The notes under the pieces: model-generated
The model's database searches: none
Seen by the model: the letters and a program-made list of their open reading frames with translations, nothing else
Told to the model about the DNA's origin: nothing
Program-made: the position numbers and the translations under genes
Assembly (NCBI GenBank): GCA_010092775.1
Contig: JAADYZ010000089.1
Span: 1 to 48,171 of the forward strand
Reading direction: 5' to 3'
DNA from: Chloroflexota bacterium
GTDB taxonomy: Bacteria > Chloroflexota > Anaerolineae > Aggregatilineales > UBA3940
Length of the DNA: 48,171 nt
Shown: piece after piece, positions 9,803-19,023 of the stretch
How positions within the stretch are numbered: the first letter of the stretch is position 1
How the letters are laid out: every line of letters begins with the position of its first letter

Positions 9803-10057
9803 TCAACCAACTAGACCGCTCGTCCATGCCCTATCCCATTCGGGCAGACCTGCATTACTGAGCGCTCCGGTTGGCTGCTCAATGATGCGCGGGGCCGGAA
9901 AGGCGGGCTGAGGTGGGTAGATCCTACTGCGATCTGGCTTGGGAAGATCGATACTGGGATCAAATGGTCGAATGTGTGACCGGCCAAAAGCGTCCCGATC
10001 GATTGGTTGCCAACTGCAATCGCAGTCGCTCCGCTTTCCACAAAGCATACAATACAC
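9803..10057 (-). CDS. Possible small Cys-rich, Pro-rich protein (uncertain)
   Basis: 84-codon ORF starting at GTG, 7 nt after a strong GAAGGAG. N-terminus YCMLCGKRSDCDCSW. An overlapping 91-codon ORF in another frame has comparable codon statistics, so coding status is unresolved. Confidence 0.25.
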   Translation of the reverse strand: MYCMLCGKRSDCDCSWQPIDRDAFGRSHIRPFDPSIDLPKPDRSRIYPPQPAFPAPRIIEQPTGALSNAGLPEWDRAWTSGLVG

Positions 10058-10160
10058 CGTCTTACTCCTTCATAGTACCAATACAATCTAACACAAACCT
10101 ATCGTAGCATGACTCGGGTGAAAAAGGAAGCGTCTAGCGTAAGTATTTCGGCGCACCTGA

Positions 10161-10691
10161 TTATATTTTTGCAGCCGGTGTGTTCTCATTTGCGAGCAGT
10201 GTAGGTAACTGGTCGGCCCAGGCCCGCATCGCGTCCCAGTCTCGCTGATCGCCAGTAGTAAGCTCTCGAAGAGCAGGCAGCAGATTGTAGGGGAAGCGCA
10301 AGTTTTCCTTTGGTATCGCACCAATGAAGACCTCGATGCTAACCGGGCTGAGCCAGGGGAACTTCTCTAAGTTCTTGGCGAGCTGCTCTTTCGCCCCATC
10401 CATCTCCTCTGGAACATCCTGCACAGGACCAAGCACGAACAGAGCGACTGGGCGACTTTCCAATTCGGACTGCTTCTGACGGAGGAATTTCTTGGCCTCG
10501 CCGTGCAGGCTTCCAACGTAAATGGGTGCGCCGAGGACAACGGCATCGTAGCTGTCGAGGGTCTTGATGTCGGCGGCGGCTTGGACATCAACATTGAGAT
10601 GATGTTCACGCAGGATCGTAGCGACAAATTCGGCGGCCTGTTGCGTTGATCCATGCGTGGTGGCAAAAGCAACCAGAACTGAGGTTGACAT
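10161..10691 (-). CDS. Flavodoxin-domain protein (long-chain, HemG-like size class)
   Basis: VLVAFATTHGSTQQAAEFVA (FMN phosphate loop T-x-x-G-S/T-T), YDAVVLGAPIY, 176 aa. Confidence 0.75.
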   Translation of the reverse strand: MSTSVLVAFATTHGSTQQAAEFVATILREHHLNVDVQAAADIKTLDSYDAVVLGAPIYVGSLHGEAKKFLRQKQSELESRPVALFVLGPVQDVPEEMDGAKEQLAKNLEKFPWLSPVSIEVFIGAIPKENLRFPYNLLPALRELTTGDQRDWDAMRAWADQLPTLLANENTPAAKI

Positions 10692-10776
10692 TAGATCATG
10701 TATCTCCTGATGAGGGGCAGTTTCTATCAGAATACTCTACGCAGATCGGCCTGAGAAGTTGTGCCTCGGTTCACAA

Positions 10777-10806
10777 ACAAGGTCACCTCAAGCGAGGTGA
10801 CCTTGT
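10777..10806 (-). terminator. Perfect 13-bp stem hairpin downstream of the 10837..11706 gene
   Basis: ACAAGGTCACCTC-aagc-GAGGTGACCTTGT. On the minus strand it is followed by TTGTGAA, which is only weakly U-rich. Confidence 0.5.
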
Positions 10807-10836
10807 AACGATAGCTAAAGGGAAAAGGGGTTGAGC

Positions 10837-11706
10837 CTAGCGAGTTGTTGACTCCAGAACGGTGTCGTCAGCAATGTTGACGAGGGCGTAGAACAACTCT
10901 TCCCCCGCCGATACGAAAGACACACTGTAGACCGACTCGTTCTGATTCTCGACGTAGGTGGTCCAATCGTCATGGCCGTCAAGCGCGGCATCAATCCCCT
11001 CAACCGAGAAAGCTAGCGTGATTGCTTCATCAACCGCCATGCGCTCGGCTTCTTCCTCTTCGATCACGTTGAGGTCGATGATCTCTTCGAGGTAGTATTC
11101 GTCGCCTTCTTGCCAGATGATGACTAATAGGCTATCTAAGCCCCGCTCAAAGCTGACTTCCCAGAAGCCTTCATAAGGATTGTAATTGATTTCACTGTAC
11201 CAAGCTGCTGGGTCTTCCAGCAGCGCGGTGATCTCTGGGTCATTTTTGACCAGGCTGGTGATGGCAGCGCGCCCAGCTTCGAGTTCCTCTTCCGAGAGGG
11301 GTTCAGGTACGAAAGCCTCAATGAAAGCACCGGTTGCATTATTTAGCAATGCCCAGCCGAGCCAGTCCTCATCATTCTCAAACTCGACTTCAATGAAACC
11401 TTCTTCAGTCGGCCAGACATAGCCTCGCCAGCCAGGATTTTGCTCCAGCCATGAGGCAAAGCGTGAACTGGTCGCAACGTACTGAATGACCGCCTCTTCG
11501 GACGTGGGATCATCTTCGTTGTAGGGCTGCCAGGTTTGGCTGGGCTGCGACTGATCATCGCCCATGCCCATCTCTTCACCCATCATCTCGTTCGATGCCG
11601 GGGCCTCTTCAGCGGCATTCTCAGTGGCCGCGGGGCTTGCCGCTCCCTGGCAGGCTACCAACAAAGCGACCAGCGCCACTCCTAAAATCGGACTCAATTT
11701 GTTCAT
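10837..11706 (-). CDS. Acidic secreted lipoprotein with three PepSY-like repeats (family uncertain)
   Basis: Lipobox LLVAC. Very acidic. Three similar beta-rich segments: FIEVEFENDEDW, WEVSFERGLDS and VYSVSFVSAGEE. Confidence 0.65.
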   Translation of the reverse strand: MNKLSPILGVALVALLVACQGAASPAATENAAEEAPASNEMMGEEMGMGDDQSQPSQTWQPYNEDDPTSEEAVIQYVATSSRFASWLEQNPGWRGYVWPTEEGFIEVEFENDEDWLGWALLNNATGAFIEAFVPEPLSEEELEAGRAAITSLVKNDPEITALLEDPAAWYSEINYNPYEGFWEVSFERGLDSLLVIIWQEGDEYYLEEIIDLNVIEEEEAERMAVDEAITLAFSVEGIDAALDGHDDWTTYVENQNESVYSVSFVSAGEELFYALVNIADDTVLESTTR

Positions 11707-11730
11707 GTTGCTCTCCTGTGGTCACACGTG

Positions 11731-13047
11731 CTAAGCACGTGGCTCTATCAATCCAAGGGATCGAACGCTGTGGCCGGGGAAAATCTGACCGAGTGCCTCA
11801 TTCTTGACGCGTTTCAGCAGCAACTCCGCCAGCACATCGCGATAGTCTGTTGTGATGGCTAGATCACCGTCGCTCAAGGCTGATGCTGCCAGTCCGGGCC
11901 AATCGCTATAAACCTGGCCACCATTGACACCGCCCCCCATCACCAGCATGATGTTGCCATGTCCGTGATCTGTACCCTGGCTGGCATTCTCGAGCAAGGT
12001 GAGGCCATAATCGGTCATCACGACGACTGACACATTCTACATCCGGTCGTCCAGATCAGCATAGAAGGCGTGCAAACTGCGCGAGAGCGTATCGAGTAGA
12101 TAGCTGAAGGTGCCATCATGAGTGCCCTGGTTTTCGTGGGTGTCCCATCCGCCCAGGTCGAGGGTCGCGACTTCTAAGCCAACATCCGCTTTGATCAACT
12201 GGGCGACCTGCTGCAAGCCCAGCGCGAAACCTTCCTCATCACCAGGATAATCGGCCCCTGCTGCGGGTGCATAGCCGCTCACGTTCAGGTCTTCCAATAG
12301 ACTGATGGTGCTAAAGACCAGCGATGCTTGCCTTTCCAGATCATCACTGGGAGCCTGTACACCATACAGCGTCTGAAGGGCTTGCTGCATCCGCAGTAAC
12401 TCATCTTCGCGACCGCGCAGGTGGAAATCTGCAATCGATTGAAGTGACAATGGTGCAGGAGACCCTTGCAACGAGGAGGGCAGCGTCGTGCCAAAGCCGA
12501 TGGCGCGGAAGGGTGAGTCGTTTTGCCAGGAGGCCGTTTCCAAATGGCGTGCGATCCAGCCCATGCTGGTGGTCTTGCTCCCGGGGGTTCCGTACTCCAT
12601 GAAGAGCATCGCATCAAAGTGCGAGCGAGTCGGGTCGGTCAGGCCCGTCGCGTGAACCACTGCCAGCTGTTGATCATCATAGATCTCCTTGAGTGGAGCC
12701 ATCGACTGGTGCATGCCGAAAAAGCCATCAAGGTCCAATGATGACTCGTTGCTGCCACCCGGTTCCATCACACGTTGGGAAGGACGCTTGTCATAGAAGG
12801 CGGCCCCTTCACCAAAGGGCACGACTGCACTCAGCCCGTCGATGCCGCCGCGCAGGAAGATCACGACCATCACGTCGCGGTTCGCTGCTTCTTGTCCGCT
12901 AGGGCCTTTGGGGTTGAAAGCCAGACGTGGCATCCAAGTCGGAAACAGTGATTGACTGATCCCGATTGCCCCAGCACCAGCGCCAACGCTCATCGCGCCG
13001 CGCAAAAACCCTCGTCGGGTTACTGTAGTCTCAGGTTCAATTCTCAT
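11731..13047 (-). pseudogene. DUF1501 family protein (sulfatase/alkaline-phosphatase-like fold, Tat-exported) interrupted by one in-frame TAG at 12037-12039
   Basis: ORFs 12037..13047 and 11731..12033 share a frame and read ...ADLDDRM * N VSVVVMTDYGLT...GTDHGHG. The N-terminal twin-arginine motif is TRRGFLRGA. It lies directly downstream of DUF1800, its usual partner. Confidence 0.75.
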
Positions 13048-13065
13048 AACAAACCACTCTCTCTT

Positions 13066-14535
13066 TTAGCGCCACTGGAACAGCGGCGAAGCTAACATCA
13101 AAGCGTACAGGGACCCAAGTTTGCGGGCCAGCAGGTGGCGCGTCACGGGGAGGTCGGGCCCGGCCTGATCCGACACAAAGGCGACCAAGGCATTGCGTTC
13201 GGTTTCGGGCAGCGAGGCCGCATAGACCTGTGTCGCGATCGTATCGACCAGATCGCCCACTGTTGCAGGCTGGCCTATCTGAGCGAAGAGATCGGCCCGG
13301 AAGGGTGATTCCATTTCGCTCAGGGCGCCGTGTGTCAGGGTGTTGGCTACATTCCAGCGATTAAGTAGACCATTGGTCGTTAGCCAGCGGTCTGCCGTAT
13401 CTGGCGCACCGTCGGGGGGCAGCCAGCCAAAAGGCGACTGACCGATGGCGTCAAAGAGCATCTGATAGGCCCAGCGCTCGCGAACGTTTGTGCCTGTCGC
13501 CCGCAGTGCGGCGATCAGGAAGTCCAACGGGCGGCGGAACTTTTGCCCTGGCGACGTCCAGAATTCGTCTGAGTTGAGAATGTGACGCATCACCGCTTTG
13601 ATGTTGCCAGAAGTGGCGCGGAAGACTTCAGTGGTGCTTTCAACCAGGCTAGCTGGCGGTGAGTCCGAAACAAAACGGCGGCATAGCTTAAAGCTAATGG
13701 TTCGTGCGGTAGCGGGATGCGTCACTAACATGCTGATGACATGCAGCCCATCTTCGATTCCTCGTCCGGCAGGCATCTGGTGGCCAAGGATCGTCTTAGT
13801 ATCGCTGTCGTGTACCTCAGGATTAAAAACAAAGCCATCCTCGGTGCGTTCATCGATGGTCCAGCCAGTGAAGGCGCGGGCTACCTCGACCACGTCTTCC
13901 TCGGTGTAGCCACCATCGACACCCAAGGTATGCAGTTCCATCAACTCACGTGCATAGTTCTCATTGGGATGCTCAGCGACGTTGAGGTAGTTGTCGAGGT
14001 AGATCAACATGGCGGGATGTTTCGCGGTAGCCAAGACGAGGTCTCGAAAGGACCCCAGGGCATGGCGGCGGATGACGTCTCGCTGATAGCTCACTACTTC
14101 AAGGCCGAGGTCCTCAGCAGCGGGAACATTAAAATGATCACTCCAGAACTCCGCCATCCGCTCAAAGAGTTGGCGTTCGCTGTGCACAGCGCGTTCGATC
14201 ATGCCTTGCTGGAGGCTCAGAATAGCGCGATATTCCAAGCCTTCGCTGCTATACAGGGCACGCCGGTTCATAGACAGGATGGGGAGCATCTTCAGGCGCT
14301 CGGCTATCAGACTATCGTCGATCGTTTCGGGGTTGAGCTGTTGCTCAATCGTGGCTTCGATGCCCACTTCAGCGACACGGGCAACATCACCTGGCCGTGG
14401 ACCATAGCTGATCCGGTTGAGCAGATGGTGAATTTCGCCGCCGACTTGACGTGGGCTTGTTGTATTGACTTGCGCTAGGCTGGCAATCAGGCTTTTGAAC
14501 GATAGAAAAGCGCGTCTTGATGGGTCCATTTCCAC
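13066..14535 (-). CDS. DUF1800 family protein
   Basis: 489 aa with a Tat-like SRRAFLS N-terminus and conserved LLNRISYGPRPGD and MELHTLGVDGGYTEEDV motifs. Paired with DUF1501. Confidence 0.8.
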   Translation of the reverse strand: MEMDPSRRAFLSFKSLIASLAQVNTTSPRQVGGEIHHLLNRISYGPRPGDVARVAEVGIEATIEQQLNPETIDDSLIAERLKMLPILSMNRRALYSSEGLEYRAILSLQQGMIERAVHSERQLFERMAEFWSDHFNVPAAEDLGLEVVSYQRDVIRRHALGSFRDLVLATAKHPAMLIYLDNYLNVAEHPNENYARELMELHTLGVDGGYTEEDVVEVARAFTGWTIDERTEDGFVFNPEVHDSDTKTILGHQMPAGRGIEDGLHVISMLVTHPATARTISFKLCRRFVSDSPPASLVESTTEVFRATSGNIKAVMRHILNSDEFWTSPGQKFRRPLDFLIAALRATGTNVRERWAYQMLFDAIGQSPFGWLPPDGAPDTADRWLTTNGLLNRWNVANTLTHGALSEMESPFRADLFAQIGQPATVGDLVDTIATQVYAASLPETERNALVAFVSDQAGPDLPVTRHLLARKLGSLYALMLASPLFQWR

Positions 14536-14624
14536 TCCTTCTCATTTGCACTCTGCACTCAGTATAGGGCGCGAATCGGGGTATCTTGTGACGTAGCCTT
14601 GACGATTCCGTCACAATCGAGGAG

Positions 14625-15848
14625 CTACTGCTGGTCGAAATCTGGATCGAGATCAGCGGCGATGTCGAAAAGCGCTTCAGCTTGCAGGAGGTCGAGCTCA
14701 CGTAGTTCAAAGGCGATTGGGATGATCGTATCTGGGTCTCGCCAGTGCACACCCAACTGACCCCAACTTAGCAGCGCACCGGCATAATCGTCCATCAGGT
14801 CGCGCAGTTCGGCGGCTGTGATGAGGGTTGCCTCCCCTTCGATGATCTGATCGGCTTGTAGCTGGGAGACCCCCAAATTGTGCATGGCAATGGCGAGAGA
14901 ATAGGCGTCGTCTTGTTTCTCCCGTAGAATGATGGACTCGCGGAAGTGGCGCGCAGCGATGTTCCATTCCTGCTGGTGTGCAGCGAGCAGTCCGAGTTGG
15001 TCACGCAGTGCGGCAATTAAGAGCGGATTGTCTTCAACTTCATCGAGCGCTTTTAGAAGGGCTTCTGCTGCAAGCTCAGTGTCACCCTGTTCGATCGAAA
15101 GGCAGGCCTCATCGATTAGGCGGGTTGCAGCTTGTGTTTCGGCTGTCAATGCGCAGGGGCCAGAGCCCCAGGCTCGCCAATCGAGGAGTGCACCTTCGCC
15201 CAGCGCTTCGTCAAAGACGGGCTCAAAGAAGCGCCAGTCGGCCTCGTTGATGTCAGGTCGACTGAGGACCAACAGCCTTGTCTCGACGCTGGCCTCCATC
15301 ACATCCGTCCGACCATCAATCGCGTTTACTTCGCCAATTAGAATTAACCGCAGATGATACTCACCTGGCTCAGGCAGATACAGCCGCAGTTCGAGCGGTT
15401 CCCGGATTGCAACGTCTCCCTCGGCGTCGATGTAGTCGGTACTGACGGCGTCCCAAAACTCAAAGTCCTCAGCCCAGGGTGGTTCGATGAGTAGCTCCAT
15501 GACCAACACTGCCCCGCCTTCGATCGTATCGAGCCATAACATGTTGGACTCGGCGCGAAAACTGTAGCCCAGGTCCTCATCGAGCAGCAGATAACTCCGT
15601 TCTGGGATGGGTTGGGGAAAGAGGTTAACAGCAATATCTTGCGGACCAATGACAAACTGCGGATCGGCAATGTGCTGGATGATCACCCCTTCATCTGCGA
15701 GAAACTCAGGCTGTAAACGACTGGGTTCCCTTAGCCGGTCGTTGTTAGGATCCGTTTCCGGCGGCCCGACTTCTACTTGGATCACAGCGCAGCCGATGAG
15801 TAATCCGAGCGAGACGAGCATCAGCAGACCGCGTGACACACTAGCCAT
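14625..15848 (-). CDS. Secreted lipoprotein with a C-terminal TPR-like helical region
   Basis: Start chosen at the second ATG (MASVSRGLLMLVSLGLLIGC lipobox), which overlaps the kinase stop by 8 nt. The C-terminal part has helical repeats. Confidence 0.65.
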   Translation of the reverse strand: MASVSRGLLMLVSLGLLIGCAVIQVEVGPPETDPNNDRLREPSRLQPEFLADEGVIIQHIADPQFVIGPQDIAVNLFPQPIPERSYLLLDEDLGYSFRAESNMLWLDTIEGGAVLVMELLIEPPWAEDFEFWDAVSTDYIDAEGDVAIREPLELRLYLPEPGEYHLRLILIGEVNAIDGRTDVMEASVETRLLVLSRPDINEADWRFFEPVFDEALGEGALLDWRAWGSGPCALTAETQAATRLIDEACLSIEQGDTELAAEALLKALDEVEDNPLLIAALRDQLGLLAAHQQEWNIAARHFRESIILREKQDDAYSLAIAMHNLGVSQLQADQIIEGEATLITAAELRDLMDDYAGALLSWGQLGVHWRDPDTIIPIAFELRELDLLQAEALFDIAADLDPDFDQQ

Positions 15849-17043
15849 AGCTGTCTCCCTGATCAATCAGGTTGAGGGGCAGGCGAACGGTCATCGTGGT
15901 GCCCGTCCCGATTTCGCTGCTCGCGTTGATACTGCCTTGATGCATCTCAATGATCTTCTTGGTGATCGACAAGCCCAGGCCGCTGCCGCTACCCTGAGAC
16001 CTCCCTCGGACCAGCGGCTCAAAAATGCGGTGAGGTAGATACTCAGGGGGGATTCCGTCACCGTTGTCTACAAAGCGGATGATGTAGCCACTGGCGCCGC
16101 GATCGACTTCGATCCGCACGTGGCCCTCTGGTCCAGAATATTTCAGGCTGTTGTCAATGATATTGACGAAGGCGCGCACCAGCAGATCGCGGTCCGCTTC
16201 TAGAATCAGACTGCCCGATGGGGCCTCTAGTTCGATGCTCTTGCCGTGTTCCATCGCCTCTTCGTCGCGGGCGAACAGCGCCTCTTCCAACACATCGACC
16301 AGATCGAGGCGCTGCGGCTGAAGTGGGACGTAAGCCAGCCGAGCATCAAACAACATGCTATCGACCAAGCGCGCCAAACGCTGTGCCTCGCCCTCAATGG
16401 TGGAGGCGGACTTCCGCCAACCCGCCTCATCGACACTGGGAGATTGCTGCAAGTTCGAAGCATGAGCGATGATTGCAGCCAGGGGATTGCGCATGTCGTG
16501 TACAATTCGGTGGATGAAGTTCTTGTAGAAGCGGCGTTCTTCGCTGGCTCTGATAGGACGGCAAAGCAGCGTGAGCGTCTGGCCATCGGGCTGGGGAATC
16601 GCCTGGATAGCATAGCGTAGATTCTCGTTCACATCGATGGGCTGTAAGGTGACGCGTTGGTTGGCTTGGGCTCGTTCAACCAGATTCATGATGGCGCTGT
16701 TGGGGTGTCCATCGCTGAGCATGACATGCTCAGCGACCTGGTTGCTCCAGACGACGGCCCCTTTGGCATTTAGGACAGCTACGCCCTCGGTGAAATAGTG
16801 GGCAGCATGGATTAAGTCACCAGCGATGCGCGTGTTTGTATGTGGTTTAGGGCGAAGAGCGATGGCAAGCAGCAGCAAGATCAGCCCCGTGACTGCCCAA
16901 ATTAGAGCTGGGATTGTGGCAAAACGGATGCGCACCAGCGGGAGAACCTCATTTGGCGACAGGACCAATACCAAACCACCAGCCAGGCCCCAGACGCCCA
17001 TCAATGCTAGCCGCACAAACCACAAGGATCGCTGCTGCGTCAT
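15841..17043 (-). CDS. Sensor histidine kinase (two TM helices, sensor, HisKA and HATPase_c domains)
   Basis: H-box HDMRNPLAAI, N-box NIIDNSLKY, G1 DNGDGIP, G2 GSGLGLS. Confidence 0.9.
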   Translation of the reverse strand: MTQQRSLWFVRLALMGVWGLAGGLVLVLSPNEVLPLVRIRFATIPALIWAVTGLILLLLAIALRPKPHTNTRIAGDLIHAAHYFTEGVAVLNAKGAVVWSNQVAEHVMLSDGHPNSAIMNLVERAQANQRVTLQPIDVNENLRYAIQAIPQPDGQTLTLLCRPIRASEERRFYKNFIHRIVHDMRNPLAAIIAHASNLQQSPSVDEAGWRKSASTIEGEAQRLARLVDSMLFDARLAYVPLQPQRLDLVDVLEEALFARDEEAMEHGKSIELEAPSGSLILEADRDLLVRAFVNIIDNSLKYSGPEGHVRIEVDRGASGYIIRFVDNGDGIPPEYLPHRIFEPLVRGRSQGSGSGLGLSITKKIIEMHQGSINASSEIGTGTTMTVRLPLNLIDQGDSYG

Positions 17044-17762
17044 CAGATCACCAGCTTATAGCCAACACCATGCACCGTCTCGATCAACTCATTGCGCTCC
17101 AGCTTGAGTTTTCGGCGCAGCGCAGCGATATGGCGATCGACGGTGCGTGGATAGCCGACCCAACTGTAGTCCCAGACGTGGTCGAGGAGTTGCTCGCGTG
17201 TCCAATGTCGGTTGGGATGACGTGCCAGGAAGACCAGTAAGGCAAATTCAATCGGCGTCAGGTCGATTTGCTCGCCGCTGCGGCTGACACGGAAAAACTC
17301 CAGGTCAATTTCGATGTCGGGTGGGATCATTAATTGACTCACATGGTCACGCTTATCACGCTCTGACTCCTGCCGGATGTGCTGCACAGCGTTCAAGGTG
17401 GCGCGAATCTGACTGGCGAGCGCGTTATTATCCCAAGGCTTCGTGACAAAGGCGATTGCTCCCTGGCCCAAGCTCTCCACTTGCCATTCGGGATAAGAGG
17501 TCAGCATGATGACGGGCACAAACCGATCACGCGCGCGAATGTGGCGCAATATCTCCAGGCCGCTCATCGCGTTGGGATCACTTTCATCGAGTACAACATC
17601 CAATAACACCAGGTCAGGCTCGCGCTGAAGCAGCACCGTCAATGCGCTGCTGCCGCTGTCTGCCATGCTCACACTATAGCCCAAGCGTCCTAGAAAAGTG
17701 GACAGCGCTGAACGGATGGCTTCCTCGTCATCAACAATTAGGATGCGTTCGCGATTATCCAT
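17043..17762 (-). CDS. OmpR-family response regulator
   Basis: Receiver domain ILIVDDE...LLDVVL...KP and a C-terminal winged helix LTPIEFALLVFLARHPNRHWTREQLL...VDRHIAALRRKL. 1-nt overlap with the kinase gene. Confidence 0.9.
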   Translation of the reverse strand: MDNRERILIVDDEEAIRSALSTFLGRLGYSVSMADSGSSALTVLLQREPDLVLLDVVLDESDPNAMSGLEILRHIRARDRFVPVIMLTSYPEWQVESLGQGAIAFVTKPWDNNALASQIRATLNAVQHIRQESERDKRDHVSQLMIPPDIEIDLEFFRVSRSGEQIDLTPIEFALLVFLARHPNRHWTREQLLDHVWDYSWVGYPRTVDRHIAALRRKLKLERNELIETVHGVGYKLVI

Positions 17763-17837
17763 GCGGCACCTTGCGTGTTCCGATTGCCCCCATTGTACCG
17801 AATCTAGCTAGATTGGATGTCGATACGTCTTTGAATC

Positions 17838-17867
17838 AAAAAAGGGGCGACCTCGATAGTCGCCCCC
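17838..17867 (-). terminator. Rho-independent terminator of the dioxygenase gene
   Basis: On the minus strand, AGGGGCGAC-tatcgag-GTCGCCCCT (9-bp perfect stem) is followed by TTTTTT. Confidence 0.75.
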
Positions 17868-17877
17868 TCTAAGCTGC

Positions 17878-18831
17878 TTAGGCACCGATAGGCTTTAAGC
17901 CCGCTTCAATGCGTTCACGCTGTGGCTCCAAGAAAGGTGGCAGTGCCAATTTCTCACCCAGCGTCTCAAGGTCTTCATCGGCAGTGAAGCCTGGCCCATC
18001 TGTCGCGATCTCAAACAAGATGCCATTCGAGATGCGGAAGTAGATCGAGCGGAAGTAGTAGCGATCAATGAAGCCGGAGACGGGAAGCCCAATTTCGGTC
18101 AGGCGATTGCGCCAGCTTTGCTGCTCACCATCATCTGCAACCCGGAAGGCGACATGATGGACGCCCCCAGCGCCAAGTTGGGCACGCGCCTTGTCCGGCT
18201 CTACGATCACCCACAGCTCTCGCCCTGGGCCCCCTGCGCCAATGTGGTAGATCACCACCTCGCGCCCTGCGGCATCGCTGCTGCGACGTGCTTCCCTGAA
18301 GTTTAACAATTGGGTGAACAGCGGTGCCATCTGCTCCAGATTGATAACCGACAGCATCACGGCGTAGAAGCCGCGAATGGCAAACTCAGGGGAGACGTCG
18401 CTTCCATCCCAGACCTCACCTTCATAGGCTTCCCCCTGATCATCCACCAAGAGCAAACGCTGCCCCTCTGGGTCCTCAAAGCGCAGCACCCCCCGCCCAT
18501 CAAAGGTCTCGATGCCATCGTGAGCGACCTCAAGTTCATCAAAGCGGGCCTTCCAATAGGCCAGCGCTTCAGACCCCTTAACCCGGAAGGCCGTCGCCAC
18601 AATACTGTCGGTGCCGCGACGCTCGGTACCGATATGTGGCCAATCGAAGAAGGTCATGTCGGTGCCAGGGCTGCCCACTTTGTCAGCATAGAAGAGATGA
18701 TAAGCGCTTACATCATCTTGATTGACTGACTTCTTAACCAAACGCATTCCCAGCGTTTTGGTGTAGAAATCGACGTTCTCAGCGATGTGACCAGAGACCG
18801 CCGTCACGTGATGAATTCCACCTAAATCCAT
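17878..18831 (-). CDS. VOC-superfamily ring-cleaving dioxygenase (MhqO/YkcA-like, two glyoxalase domains)
   Basis: GIHHVTAVSG...FYTKTLGMRLVKK and a second GGVHHVAFRV module. Start moved to the ATG preceded by AAGGGGA. Confidence 0.8.
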   Translation of the reverse strand: MDLGGIHHVTAVSGHIAENVDFYTKTLGMRLVKKSVNQDDVSAYHLFYADKVGSPGTDMTFFDWPHIGTERRGTDSIVATAFRVKGSEALAYWKARFDELEVAHDGIETFDGRGVLRFEDPEGQRLLLVDDQGEAYEGEVWDGSDVSPEFAIRGFYAVMLSVINLEQMAPLFTQLLNFREARRSSDAAGREVVIYHIGAGGPGRELWVIVEPDKARAQLGAGGVHHVAFRVADDGEQQSWRNRLTEIGLPVSGFIDRYYFRSIYFRISNGILFEIATDGPGFTADEDLETLGEKLALPPFLEPQRERIEAGLKPIGA

Positions 18832-19023
18832 GAGTTTTCCCCTTATCGCAAAGACTACCAAGGTCTCGTTGTGTTGATATAAAGTATTTCGATGTCGAAG
18901 TAAACATACTTAGATTAAACAGCGCCCAACTCCTTTTGTCAAACGTGAGTCATTAGAGTTGTATAAGAACTCCCAAGCCGGGCGGTATACTCAGCACGGC
19001 ACCGCTTAACGCTGGAAAGAACC

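Noticed and set aside
1566-12039. Genome-wide reassignment of TAG (for example pyrrolysine or amber-as-sense) as the explanation for the two in-frame TAG codons.
   Set aside because: TAG is the apparent terminator of several well-bounded genes in the same window (ends at 5509, 7382, 15841, 20820 and 21959). No pyl genes or suppressor tRNA are visible here. I report it only as an unlikely alternative.
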